Shown: positions 1 to 8,227 of the stretch, piece after piece | How positions within the stretch are numbered: position 1 is the first letter of the stretch | Layout of the letters: every line of letters starts with the position of its first letter | IMG/VR virus record: IMGVR_UViG_3300021962_000075 | Direction: 5' to 3' (one strand) | DNA: 64,000 nt | Source of the DNA: an uncultured virus (IMG/VR IMGVR_UViG_3300021962_000075) | Lineage: Duplodnaviria; Heunggongvirae; Uroviricota; Caudoviricetes | Position numbers and translations under genes: made by a program | The notes under the pieces: generated by a model | Database searches by the model: none | Told to the model about the DNA's origin: nothing | What the model saw: only the letters and a program-made list of their open reading frames with translations

Positions 1-1
1 G

Positions 2-1063
2 TGTGCCTGTAACGATTACTGCGGTAGGACCAGCACCTCTTGGTGGAGTTCCAGGTGGTATTCTTGGTGGCGCAGGTGGAGCTCCCACAGGTGGAGCAGG
101 TGTTGCACTAGGTCCTGGCCCTGGAGCAGGTGCTGGAGCAGGTGCTGGAGCAGGTGCTGGAGCAGGTGCTGGAGCAGGTGCTGGAGGTGTTGTTTGATTA
201 CCAGGTAATCTAGGATCATTAGGATTTGTTTGTCTGCCACGTGGTGTTTCTGGTGCCTTTTTTTGTCTAGTTAGAATATCAGCCTGTCTATTGGCTGTTG
301 TTGTTGCTTCTTCTGCTCGTTTGGCTTCTTCTGCTTTTTTGGCAGCATCAGCTGCTTTACGTGCTTCTTCAGCCTTTTTACTTGCTTCCGCTGCCATTCT
401 CTGTTCTGCTTGTATTGCTTCTCGTTCAGCACGCAAAATAGCCTCTCTACTTGCAGCTGATGGTCCTGTTGGTGGAACTGGAGGTGCACCAGCTGGTGGT
501 GCAGGTGCTGCAGGAGGTGCAGGAGGTGCAGGAGGTGTTGGCGGAGTTGGACCAGATGGTGGTTTTGGTGGTGCCGCTGGAGGTGTCGGACCAGATGGTG
601 GTTTTGGTGGTGCCGCTGGAGGTGCTGGTGGTTTTGTTCCAATTGGTAGTTTTGGTACAACAGGAGGAACAGAAGGTGCTCCAGGAACTTTTCTATCTTT
701 AAGTTCGTTCGCTTTTGTTTTTGTTGTAACTTTTTTAGGTTTTCTTCTTATAGATAAAGCCTTAATTATTTCTTTATGGCGTCTTTCATCCTCGTAAGCA
801 TCTTCTTTTCTACGATTGTTTCTTTTTTCACGGGAGAGTTTTTCTGTTGCACGTTTCTCAACCATCATCTTATAAATTTCACCAAGATATTCGGTGTTGT
901 TCATATTAGATTTGGTCGATGGTGCAAATTTGTTTTTAATTAATTCACCTATTTTTGATACCGATTTTTTCAAAAGGCCAACGGAATCCTTAGTCTTTTC
1001 AGCCACGAATGGACTAGACTTATCATTTCCGTTGTCTTTCTTATTATTACCGAAAAGGTTCAT
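2..1063 (-). CDS. Partial (runs off left end) Pro/Ala-rich protein downstream of gp51; possible tape-measure/baseplate-hub-associated protein
   Basis: Own translation: ATG at 1063 (ATGA overlap with gp51 stop), MNLFGNNKKDNGNDKSSPF... with no stop to the window edge. It has a basic helical N-terminus, PPAAPPKPPSGPT repeats, an EAAK-rich helix and a (PA)n tract. Absent from the ORF track because it has no stop in the window. Function from synteny only. Confidence 0.7.
   Translation of the reverse strand, partial: MNLFGNNKKDNGNDKSSPFVAEKTKDSVGLLKKSVSKIGELIKNKFAPSTKSNMNNTEYLGEIYKMMVEKRATEKLSREKRNNRRKEDAYEDERRHKEIIKALSIRRKPKKVTTKTKANELKDRKVPGAPSVPPVVPKLPIGTKPPAPPAAPPKPPSGPTPPAAPPKPPSGPTPPTPPAPPAPPAAPAPPAGAPPVPPTGPSAASREAILRAEREAIQAEQRMAAEASKKAEEARKAADAAKKAEEAKRAEEATTTANRQADILTRQKKAPETPRGRQTNPNDPRLPGNQTTPPAPAPAPAPAPAPAPAPAPAPGPGPSATPAPPVGAPPAPPRIPPGTPPRGAGPTAVIVTGT
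121..186. repeat. Perfect 12-bp tandem repeat (CTGGAGCAGGTG x5.5) encoding PAPA on the minus strand
   Basis: Read directly from the sequence. Confidence 0.95.
549..624. repeat. 39-bp tandem duplication (about 2 copies) encoding PPAAPPKPPSGPT
   Basis: GGACCAGATGGTGGTTTTGGTGGTGCCGCTGGAGGTG begins at 549 and again at 588. Confidence 0.9.
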
Positions 1064-1260
1064 TTAATTGCTTTCTGTCGCTCTTTTAATCTTTGATTTT
1101 CTTCTTCCAAATATGAAATTAACATAGCGACATAGATATCTCGTTCCCAAGGTATCATATTTTCAAGTTCAGTAAGACTATACTTATGGTGTTGCATCAA
1201 TGTAAAGTTAGTCTTGTAGTAATTTTTTAAATCATCATAACCAAGTATTAGGCGAAAAAA
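1060..1260 (-). CDS. gp51: gp51-like baseplate hub assembly catalyst; probably the -1 frameshift extension of gp26 (first in-frame ATG only at 1197)
   Basis: Own translation of the frame: FFRLILGYDDLKNYYKTNFTLMQHHKYSLTELENMIPWERDIYVAMLISYLEEENQRLKERQKAIK*. The NYYKTNF-MQHHKYSLTELENM.PWER motif is typical of gp51 in aquatic T4-like phages. Too short for the ORF track. Confidence 0.85.
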   Translation of the reverse strand, partial: FFRLILGYDDLKNYYKTNFTLMQHHKYSLTELENMIPWERDIYVAMLISYLEEENQRLKERQKAIK

Positions 1261-1979
1261 CTTTCGAGGCCCTCCACATTCAAGTGGTGTTCAAAACCGC
1301 ATCGTGAACAAGTCAAATCAATGTGTTTTCTCAATTTTGGAATACTATTGAAGAATCTTTCAACATCTTCAAATTGTTCCTGATTCAATTGTTCAATGAA
1401 AGCAACCAACTCATCAATTGTCTGTTCTTTCGCATAGTGAAATTGTTCACCATCATAAACATAATCAATTGAATTTGCTATCATATTAAAAGTTACTTCT
1501 GTTATATCTTCCAGTTCAATCGAATCTTTAACCAACCTGAATGGTGGATACTTCATCTTAACGATTATTTTATCAGTTAATTTAATTTCAGGATCAACAG
1601 GATCACCATCAAATTCTGGTTCAATTTTCGTAACATCTATTTTTGCTTCCATGATGTTACCACAGACCTTTTCATCGGCAAGTTCATTGTTGCAACGATA
1701 TTTCGTTTCTGAAATTTCACCAACGGATTTTGCTCTTAGTTGCAGAAAATAATATTCAACATCAATAATTGGAAGTTCATCAATATCAACATCTTTACTC
1801 AAAGTACATACATTAAGTATTTCTCTGACATTATGTTGAATAGTTGTTGCATCAGATGATTCCATGGCCATCATCAAAGATTTTTGTTCTTTGATTAGGT
1901 ACGGTCTGTATTTAATTTTCTTTTTAGAAAGTGGTAATTCCAATTCATATGTTGGCACTTCAAGTTTTGGTAAAGCCAT
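1248..1979 (-). CDS. gp26: Baseplate hub assembly chaperone (T4 gp26-like)
   Basis: MALPKLEVPTYELELP..KKIKYRPYLIKEQK, LQLRAKSVGE, terminal CSRCG..NVEGLESFF; SD GAGGAG upstream. Confidence 0.9.
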   Translation of the reverse strand: MALPKLEVPTYELELPLSKKKIKYRPYLIKEQKSLMMAMESSDATTIQHNVREILNVCTLSKDVDIDELPIIDVEYYFLQLRAKSVGEISETKYRCNNELADEKVCGNIMEAKIDVTKIEPEFDGDPVDPEIKLTDKIIVKMKYPPFRLVKDSIELEDITEVTFNMIANSIDYVYDGEQFHYAKEQTIDELVAFIEQLNQEQFEDVERFFNSIPKLRKHIDLTCSRCGFEHHLNVEGLESFFA

Positions 1980-2000
1980 AATATCTCCTCAGTTTAATAA

Positions 2001-2639
2001 TTAATAAGTAGGTCCATCCAATGTTGCTATGTTAAATATCATTTCAGATGATTCTGTAGTAAATTCTCTGACAACAGTATCCATAGCAGAATCCAGTATT
2101 TCTGTACCCAATCCCAATAACGTGTTGTTTTTCCAGTATGTGTATGCAAAAGTAACGGTCAATTTATGGTAACCTTCACTGTTCCAGTCCAAGTCCAATT
2201 GATTCATTGAAACTGGATAAGCATCAAACAAGTTCACAGAATATGTCAATTGATTCTGTAAATCATATTGATTGATTCCCAAATTTACTGCATAATTTTC
2301 TTTATATCGAAAATTGTTGTTATATGTTGGATTAATATAGTTTATCCACGTATCGAAAAATACTTTTTGTTCCATACCATCTTCAACAATAAATGTCAAA
2401 TCAATATCATTGTATGTTGACATGTAAGGATGTTTTTCGATAGGTCCATACGTTTTATGTTCTAATGTAGCTAATGACCTACCTGGAAGTTGTGCAGTTT
2501 CGCATCTGTATTGCAAATCACGAGCATATCTAACATACGGTAATAAACCCACAGGAACAGGTATACTAACATCAAACCTATTATTTCTAGCTAAATCGCC
2601 AGTAAAACTTTTTTTGAAATCGTTTAGTGAACGTGACAT
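2001..2639 (-). CDS. Tail tube-fold baseplate protein (gp54-like tail tube initiator / gp19 paralog)
   Basis: LARNNRFDV, CETAQLPGRSL, WINYINP, DAYPVSMNQLDLDW, LTVTFAYTYW resemble gp19 at 55432 (AQLPGSSI, PLDLAPIDLDW, TCTFAYQFW). Confidence 0.75.
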   Translation of the reverse strand: MSRSLNDFKKSFTGDLARNNRFDVSIPVPVGLLPYVRYARDLQYRCETAQLPGRSLATLEHKTYGPIEKHPYMSTYNDIDLTFIVEDGMEQKVFFDTWINYINPTYNNNFRYKENYAVNLGINQYDLQNQLTYSVNLFDAYPVSMNQLDLDWNSEGYHKLTVTFAYTYWKNNTLLGLGTEILDSAMDTVVREFTTESSEMIFNIATLDGPTY

Positions 2640-3257
2640 TTAAGAATTCCTTATTTCTTGGACCGAATCTTGCCAAATTTGTTTAGGTTGTGCCTTTTTG
2701 AACTGGTGTATTGGTAAATATGTTGCAATATCCCATTCGTTAGGTTCCACAGCCAAAATCCTAGATTTTATGTGGCTGTATAGGTAGTGTTTGATGCAAG
2801 GTCTAAATTCTTTCAACTTAGAAGAAGCGTCCAGGATTTGATAGGTGATTCGGATTCTTTTTATTTCATCATTCTCATCGTAGATTGCAAAGTTTAACAA
2901 CTTTCGCAGGAAAAGAATCCTGTATCTAAGTGGTAAATAGTGTAGGTTTAACCCAATGAACCCGTCAGATTGCCTTTTAAGTGGTAATACCAGTGGAAAT
3001 CTGTCATAATATGGTAAGTCTGCCTTGCCTTTTGGATCGTAAACAAAATAATACATACCACCCATCAGGAACTTCTGTCTGTCACCTGGTCTAGTCCATC
3101 TTTCTTTTTCTCTTGTGATAGGAACAGACAGACGAGTTGGATTTCTAAGTGCTGCAACTTTCTGCAACAACCAACGCAAAGATTCACGGCTCATCGTTTG
3201 ATATTGAGCCTGTGCTTTTTCTTCGGATAGTGTGGTTAGTATGGATTTTGTTATCAT
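2640..3257 (-). CDS. gp2: DNA end protector protein
   Basis: GGMYYFVYDPKGKADLPYYDRFPLV, GLNLHYLP, CIKHYLYSHIKS motifs of the T4 gp2 family. Confidence 0.9.
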   Translation of the reverse strand: MITKSILTTLSEEKAQAQYQTMSRESLRWLLQKVAALRNPTRLSVPITREKERWTRPGDRQKFLMGGMYYFVYDPKGKADLPYYDRFPLVLPLKRQSDGFIGLNLHYLPLRYRILFLRKLLNFAIYDENDEIKRIRITYQILDASSKLKEFRPCIKHYLYSHIKSRILAVEPNEWDIATYLPIHQFKKAQPKQIWQDSVQEIRNS

Positions 3258-3261
3258 CGGA

Positions 3262-3268
3262 TATTTAG
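3262..3268 (-). promoter_or_regulatory. T4-type late promoter variant CTAAATA, 4 nt before the gp2 ATG
   Basis: Minus strand reads CTAAATA-tccg-ATG. Confidence 0.55.
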
Positions 3269-3703
3269 TTACAATCCAAGATGGTCTTCCGTTATTAGTT
3301 TAAACTCCCAACCTCTGTCCAAACAATACTCTGTTGCCGCCTTGAATTTGGCCTGATTGACACCCCATGTAGCAACTTCCGTAATATATCTTTTAGTGAC
3401 CCGTTTTTGCGGTGTTGGTGCTTGTGTTTGTTTCTTTGGTTTCACCTCAAGCATCATGGTTCTAAGTTGACCGTTCTTGTCTTTAACTTTAACAACAAAA
3501 TCTGGAAAGTATCTGTGCCAACGGCCGTCAACAGGAGAAACATAAGGAATTGTTATTTCTTCTGAGGCCCAAGATACAATATTCGGATTTTTGTCGAGCC
3601 AATTCATCACTCGACATTCCCATGATGAGCGATAAATGATATTTTTGTAATCCCCTGCGTATTTTTGAGGATTTGAAGGTCGGAATCTTCCAGAATATGC
3701 CAT
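3269..3703 (-). CDS. gp4: Head completion protein (TnsA-like nuclease fold)
   Basis: MAYSGRFRPSNPQKYAGD..IIYRSSWE, WASEE..IPY.SPVD.RWHRYFPDF, EVKP, NQAK..AA, F.LITEDHL. Confidence 0.93.
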   Translation of the reverse strand: MAYSGRFRPSNPQKYAGDYKNIIYRSSWECRVMNWLDKNPNIVSWASEEITIPYVSPVDGRWHRYFPDFVVKVKDKNGQLRTMMLEVKPKKQTQAPTPQKRVTKRYITEVATWGVNQAKFKAATEYCLDRGWEFKLITEDHLGL

Positions 3704-3708
3704 AAATA
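3702..3708 (+). promoter_or_regulatory. T4-type late promoter ATAAATA for the gp48 operon, overlapping the gp4 start codon
   Basis: cATAAATAg about 30 nt upstream of gp48 in the divergent junction. Confidence 0.65.
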
Positions 3709-3737
3709 GTATATATCACTTTTTTAGAAAACAAACA

Positions 3738-4805
3738 ATGGCACAAATCACAATACCAAGGTCAATTGGCGGTGTAAATTTACCTTCATACAACTTTTCA
3801 GACAATCCTTTGATAGATTTGTTTGGTGTTGAAAAGAACTTCTTTCTACAGTATCCTAGAGATTTGGGTACCGACTCGAAAGCCCATTCTGTCGTTTTTA
3901 CAATTTATGAAGTACAAGAATACACTTTGGGTGAATTGGAAAATATGGGAGGCCAGCTGATACAACAGGGTTCGGATTTTATTGGTAATGATTTTGGAGA
4001 TATGCTTAGAGATACTCTCGGTGGAGTTGGTGATGTATTAAATTCTGGTGTCGATTTCATTACGAACGCATTAACTGAAGGAATAGAATTACCCACAATT
4101 CAAGATGTTACAATGAAGGCACAATCTGGTTTTTCAACTGCTATTAACAAACTTCCACAAGCTGGAGAGTTATTATCCGAATTTGGTAGAGTTATGACAG
4201 AAGAAAGAGTGAATAGAATTGGTAATATTGCTTTGTATATGCCTGAAAATTTTAATATTTCAAATGCTTTCAATTATGATGATTCGACCTCCGTAGCATC
4301 AGCTGCAGGTGCATTACCTTTGCTCGGTAAATTTATAAATCGTGGTACAAATTTTATTTCTGGTAGTAATGATTTTACAAGATTGTTATTTAACAAAGGT
4401 GGTTTCGTTTTTAATCCACAAAAACAAATATTGTTTAATGGTGTCGAATTTAGAAATTTTAGTATGTCTTTCACTTTTACACCATATTCGGAAAAAGAAA
4501 ATACAGAAGTCAGGGAGATAATTAAACAACTAAGAATGTATGCAGCACCAAAACGAAACGACCAATTAGGAAAAGGTATGTTTTGGGTACCACCAGCACT
4601 TTTTGAAATAGATTTTAAATTTCACGATAAACATAATGTAAATTTACCAAAATTAAAAAGATGTGTTATCAAAGATATTGATGTTAATTATGCACCAAGT
4701 GGTTGGGCATCTCATGGTGATGGTGCACCAGTGCAAACAGTAATAACTATTGAATTCCAAGAAATTGCTATGTTAAGCAGAGATGATATCAACGGAGGAT
4801 ATTAA
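3738..4805 (+). CDS. gp48: Baseplate tail tube cap
   Basis: LQYPRDL, IALYMP, FNPQKQILFNGVEFRNFSMSFTFTP.SEKE, P..FEIDF, CVIKDIDVNYAP, FQEI motifs; upstream of gp53. Confidence 0.85.
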   Translation: MAQITIPRSIGGVNLPSYNFSDNPLIDLFGVEKNFFLQYPRDLGTDSKAHSVVFTIYEVQEYTLGELENMGGQLIQQGSDFIGNDFGDMLRDTLGGVGDVLNSGVDFITNALTEGIELPTIQDVTMKAQSGFSTAINKLPQAGELLSEFGRVMTEERVNRIGNIALYMPENFNISNAFNYDDSTSVASAAGALPLLGKFINRGTNFISGSNDFTRLLFNKGGFVFNPQKQILFNGVEFRNFSMSFTFTPYSEKENTEVREIIKQLRMYAAPKRNDQLGKGMFWVPPALFEIDFKFHDKHNVNLPKLKRCVIKDIDVNYAPSGWASHGDGAPVQTVITIEFQEIAMLSRDDINGGY

Positions 4806-4806
4806 A

Positions 4807-5409
4807 ATGCAATATTTTAATTCTTTACCAAAAGTTGTTTATACCGACAAAAATAGTATAAAAACGATATATACAAATCTTCTAGCTAGAGTAAGCATCA
4901 AACCAAGGATATTAAACAATTTGTTGGTATTTTATGAATATGATATACAAGATGAAGATACACCAGAAATTGTCGCTTATAAGTACTATGGTGATATTAA
5001 TCGTTTTTGGATTGTTTTGTATTGTAATCAGATGTTGGATCCACTATGGGATTGGCCATTGAGTTCAAGAAAGTTTGAACAATATGTGTTGAACAAATAT
5101 AATGGCACTTTAAATGATATCCATCACTATGAAAAAATAACAACCATAGTTGATGCTTCTCAACGAATTGTTAACACAAACGTTGATATAATTTCCGAAG
5201 AAGATTATGGCATTTTACCATATAATTATGATGATACCTACACAATAGGTGGAGAAACTTTAAGTGTCAATATTAGTACAAAATCGGTAACGAATTATGA
5301 TTATGAAGTTGCGTTGAATGATTCCAAAAGGAGTATAAAAATATTGAATAAAGATTATGCTTCACAATTAGAAACAGAATTTGTTAATTTAATGAAACCA
5401 AATGGCTAA
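4807..5409 (+). CDS. gp53: Baseplate wedge protein (LysM-like)
   Basis: MQYFNSLPKV, YDIQDEDTPEIVAYKYYGD..WIVL, DWPLS, IHHYE, NDSKRSIKIL. The start at 4807 (GGAGGA upstream) is preferred over 4783. Confidence 0.9.
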   Translation: MQYFNSLPKVVYTDKNSIKTIYTNLLARVSIKPRILNNLLVFYEYDIQDEDTPEIVAYKYYGDINRFWIVLYCNQMLDPLWDWPLSSRKFEQYVLNKYNGTLNDIHHYEKITTIVDASQRIVNTNVDIISEEDYGILPYNYDDTYTIGGETLSVNISTKSVTNYDYEVALNDSKRSIKILNKDYASQLETEFVNLMKPNG

Positions 5410-6721
5410 TTACGCACAAGATTTTAATTTAGAAGCAATTGATATAATTGCTGACAATGGACAAACATTCAAAATAAAATTACTTTTTGTTGAATTGAAT
5501 TTTTTTGAAGATATATTTTCTCCTGCCTGCTCAGGAAATGTAGTTGTGCGGGATGCTCTTGGTATAATTGAAAAATTGAAACTGGATGGTTCAGAAATTA
5601 TACAAATAAGTTATAGTAGATTTCCAAATATACGTGATTCATTAAAAATAAACAGAAAATTTAGATTGTATAAAATCGGTAATAGAAAACCAACAGGCAA
5701 TAAAACATCCGAATTTTATACAATGCACTTTGTATCAGAAGAATTATTTTTATCTGAACAGATGAGAATAACAAATTCATTTACTGGTATGACCATTTCA
5801 GATATGATTTGGAATATTTTGGTAAGAAGCGAAGAAGGTTTAGATGTACCTATAGATAAATTGAAATGGATACAATCGACTTATGGCGTCTATGATTTTT
5901 TGGTGCCAAAATTAAAACCCTTTCAAGCAATAAATTGGTTATCATCCTACGCAATACCTGGAGAAAATCTAGGTGCTGATATGGTATTTTTTGAAACAAA
6001 CGATGGTTTTTATTTTACTTCTTTAAAAACACTGTTTGATGGTGCACCATATGCGACATACAAATATCAACCATCGGACTTTTTAGAATCAAAAATCGAA
6101 AATCAATACACAATATTACAATATGAATTTGTAAATACATATGATTCTTTGAGAGCTATAAATTCTGGAATGTATGCAAGCAGAGTAATTGAACTTGATC
6201 CTATTACAAGAACCAGAAAAATAACAAATTTCAATAACGCATCCCTACCAGGTTCAACAGGTATTGGAACAGCATTAAACAGATTTGGAAAATATTCGGA
6301 AGAAATGTTTGAAAGTTCGGTAAATTTGGTTTTTGGAAATTCCAGTCAACAAACAGAAACATATATACAACAACAGCCAAGGACACAAGGTGATGCTGCG
6401 AAAGACATACGTATAAGTACTGCTGTGCCGAATAGAGCAGCACAACTTTCAATGGCCACCTATACGGTAATGAAATGCATTATTCCAGGTGACACTGGTA
6501 TCACCGTAGGAAGAACAGTGGATATTGCACTAGGTTCATTAGGTCTTGGAGGAACAGCTGAAAAAACAATAAAACCCGAAGATAAATTATATTCCGGAAA
6601 ATATCTCGTAACAGCAATTCGTCATATAATACAAGAACAAGGTGTGTTTCAAACAGTTTTGGAATTAGCAAAATATACTGCGAGTTTGGAATTCTCAAGT
6701 CAACAAAGTGGAGTAATTTAA
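5402..6721 (+). CDS. Baseplate hub protein (gp27 / phage GPD-like)
   Basis: Lies between gp53 and gp5; ELNFFEDIF..SGNVVVRD, FFETNDGFYFTSL, IPGD..ITVG, YSGKYLVTAIRH motifs. Confidence 0.75.
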   Translation: MANYAQDFNLEAIDIIADNGQTFKIKLLFVELNFFEDIFSPACSGNVVVRDALGIIEKLKLDGSEIIQISYSRFPNIRDSLKINRKFRLYKIGNRKPTGNKTSEFYTMHFVSEELFLSEQMRITNSFTGMTISDMIWNILVRSEEGLDVPIDKLKWIQSTYGVYDFLVPKLKPFQAINWLSSYAIPGENLGADMVFFETNDGFYFTSLKTLFDGAPYATYKYQPSDFLESKIENQYTILQYEFVNTYDSLRAINSGMYASRVIELDPITRTRKITNFNNASLPGSTGIGTALNRFGKYSEEMFESSVNLVFGNSSQQTETYIQQQPRTQGDAAKDIRISTAVPNRAAQLSMATYTVMKCIIPGDTGITVGRTVDIALGSLGLGGTAEKTIKPEDKLYSGKYLVTAIRHIIQEQGVFQTVLELAKYTASLEFSSQQSGVI

Positions 6722-6722
6722 T

Positions 6723-7094
6723 ATGCCTGTAAGACCGAGTGGTAATAAATTTATTGGTAAAGACAACTTTATTTGGTGGGTCGGGGTTATTGAAAATAGA
6801 GCGGACAATTTGGGTTTAGGTCGATGCCAAGTTAGAATTTTTGGTTGGCATTCCGAAAATGAAATGATATTACCGACTGAAAGTTTACCTTGGGCGCAAC
6901 CACTTTATCCAACAAATAATTCAAAGACAGTTTCATCACCAAGACTTGGTGATTGGGTTGTTGGTTTTTTTATGGATGGTATGGCCGCACAAGCACCAAT
7001 AATGTTAGGTGTATTACCTGGTATGATTCAAGATGACATATTACCACAAAATGTATCGCAAGAATCGAACCCATATCAATCAAATACTAATTAA
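6723..7094 (+). CDS. gp5: Stand-alone gp5 N-terminal OB-fold domain
   Basis: FIWWVGVIENRAD..LGRCQVRIFGWH..LPTESLPWA..GDWVVGFFMDG..AQAPIMLG; only 123 aa. Confidence 0.9.
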   Translation: MPVRPSGNKFIGKDNFIWWVGVIENRADNLGLGRCQVRIFGWHSENEMILPTESLPWAQPLYPTNNSKTVSSPRLGDWVVGFFMDGMAAQAPIMLGVLPGMIQDDILPQNVSQESNPYQSNTN

Positions 7095-7111
7095 AATTAG
7101 GAAGTAGTATT

Positions 7112-8224
7112 ATGCCATACATAGCAGCAGACGGTAGTACACTATTAACACCAGAAGAATATATCACAAAAGCACAAACTTGGTTGGCGGAAGATTATAA
7201 TTTGTATGCTGGTGTAAATATAAAACCAGTGGAAACACCACCACTAACTCAAGCAGAATCAATTGCTCAAGCAAGAAATTATAATGATGATAGATTTACA
7301 CCATTAGAATCAATTGCAAAAGCAAACGAAAAAGCATTGAAACAAGCGTCAGTTCAAGCAAAACCAAATTTACCAACTTTTCAAGAACTTCAATCAACAG
7401 TTGCGGAGAATCTCAGACTTTCTTCAATGAGTGAAGCAACGAAAGCGAAATATATAGAACGTGGTTATAACATTCCCCCACCTGTTAGTGCTCCAAATAG
7501 TGGTTATGTTAAAGGTGCACCTTCGACAGCATCTTTGGCTAGAGGTATTGTTTTTGGAACCGTTAAACACAATAACAATCAAAAAAGAGCACACGTTTGC
7601 GGATTTATTGATGAGATGCGTAAAAATCAGGAATTGAAAAAATTCATTAAAGCTTCAGCACAATATATTAGAGAAGGTATACGTGAAATTTTGAAAATGA
7701 TTGGTCTTACTGATACATCCGGTATTTTTGCAGCTGCGGCCGCCAGATTAAAAGAGGCGGCAAGATGGTTAAAAACTGCACAAAAATATCTTAAAGATAT
7801 TATTAATTTTGAAAAATATGTTTTAGCTTATATCACAAAAATTAAAGCTTTAATACAATGGATAATGGGTTTGCCTGCAGCATTGATAGCTTTATTAGGA
7901 CAATGTTTGGCAAAATTCTTAAAACTTGTTAAAAGTGTCATGGTGGATTTCTTCAAAGAACTTACTGCAAGCGGTGAAGGTGAGGGATTTTCTGATTTGG
8001 TTGGTTCTGCAAAAGAACTTGTTGATGAAACAATAACTACTGTAAAATTAGCAACCACAGCAGCCACAGGTGCCGTTTTAATCGCCGGAGCTGCAACAAC
8101 AGGGCTTTTGATACCGGTATCTCAATCGGAACTCACAGCAGCCAACAAAACAATTAAAAATTACACTGCAACATTGCCTGATGGTAAATACACCGAACCA
8201 ACACAAAACAAATCAAGACCATAA
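7112..8224 (+). CDS. Hypothetical helical protein between the two gp5 parts
   Basis: 370-aa ORF with SD; C-terminal half rich in amphipathic/hydrophobic helices. Confidence 0.75.
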   Translation: MPYIAADGSTLLTPEEYITKAQTWLAEDYNLYAGVNIKPVETPPLTQAESIAQARNYNDDRFTPLESIAKANEKALKQASVQAKPNLPTFQELQSTVAENLRLSSMSEATKAKYIERGYNIPPPVSAPNSGYVKGAPSTASLARGIVFGTVKHNNNQKRAHVCGFIDEMRKNQELKKFIKASAQYIREGIREILKMIGLTDTSGIFAAAAARLKEAARWLKTAQKYLKDIINFEKYVLAYITKIKALIQWIMGLPAALIALLGQCLAKFLKLVKSVMVDFFKELTASGEGEGFSDLVGSAKELVDETITTVKLATTAATGAVLIAGAATTGLLIPVSQSELTAANKTIKNYTATLPDGKYTEPTQNKSRP

Positions 8225-8227
8225 ATT

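Noticed and set aside
121..186. Tandem repeat as a possible CRISPR array
   Set aside because: 12-bp units with no spacers, in frame within a coding region
3..797. ORF-track entries 3..197, 16..240, 271..660, 291..797, 451..702
   Set aside because: Shadow or alternate-frame ORFs produced by the repeat-rich minus-strand gene 2..1063
3269..3703. TnsA-like nuclease as evidence of a Tn7-like element
   Set aside because: It is the standard T4 gp4 head completion gene in its usual context next to gp2; no other tns genes or ends
4783..4806. Longer gp53 start given by the ORF track
   Set aside because: Overlaps gp48; the ATG at 4807 has an SD and gives the family-typical M.YF start
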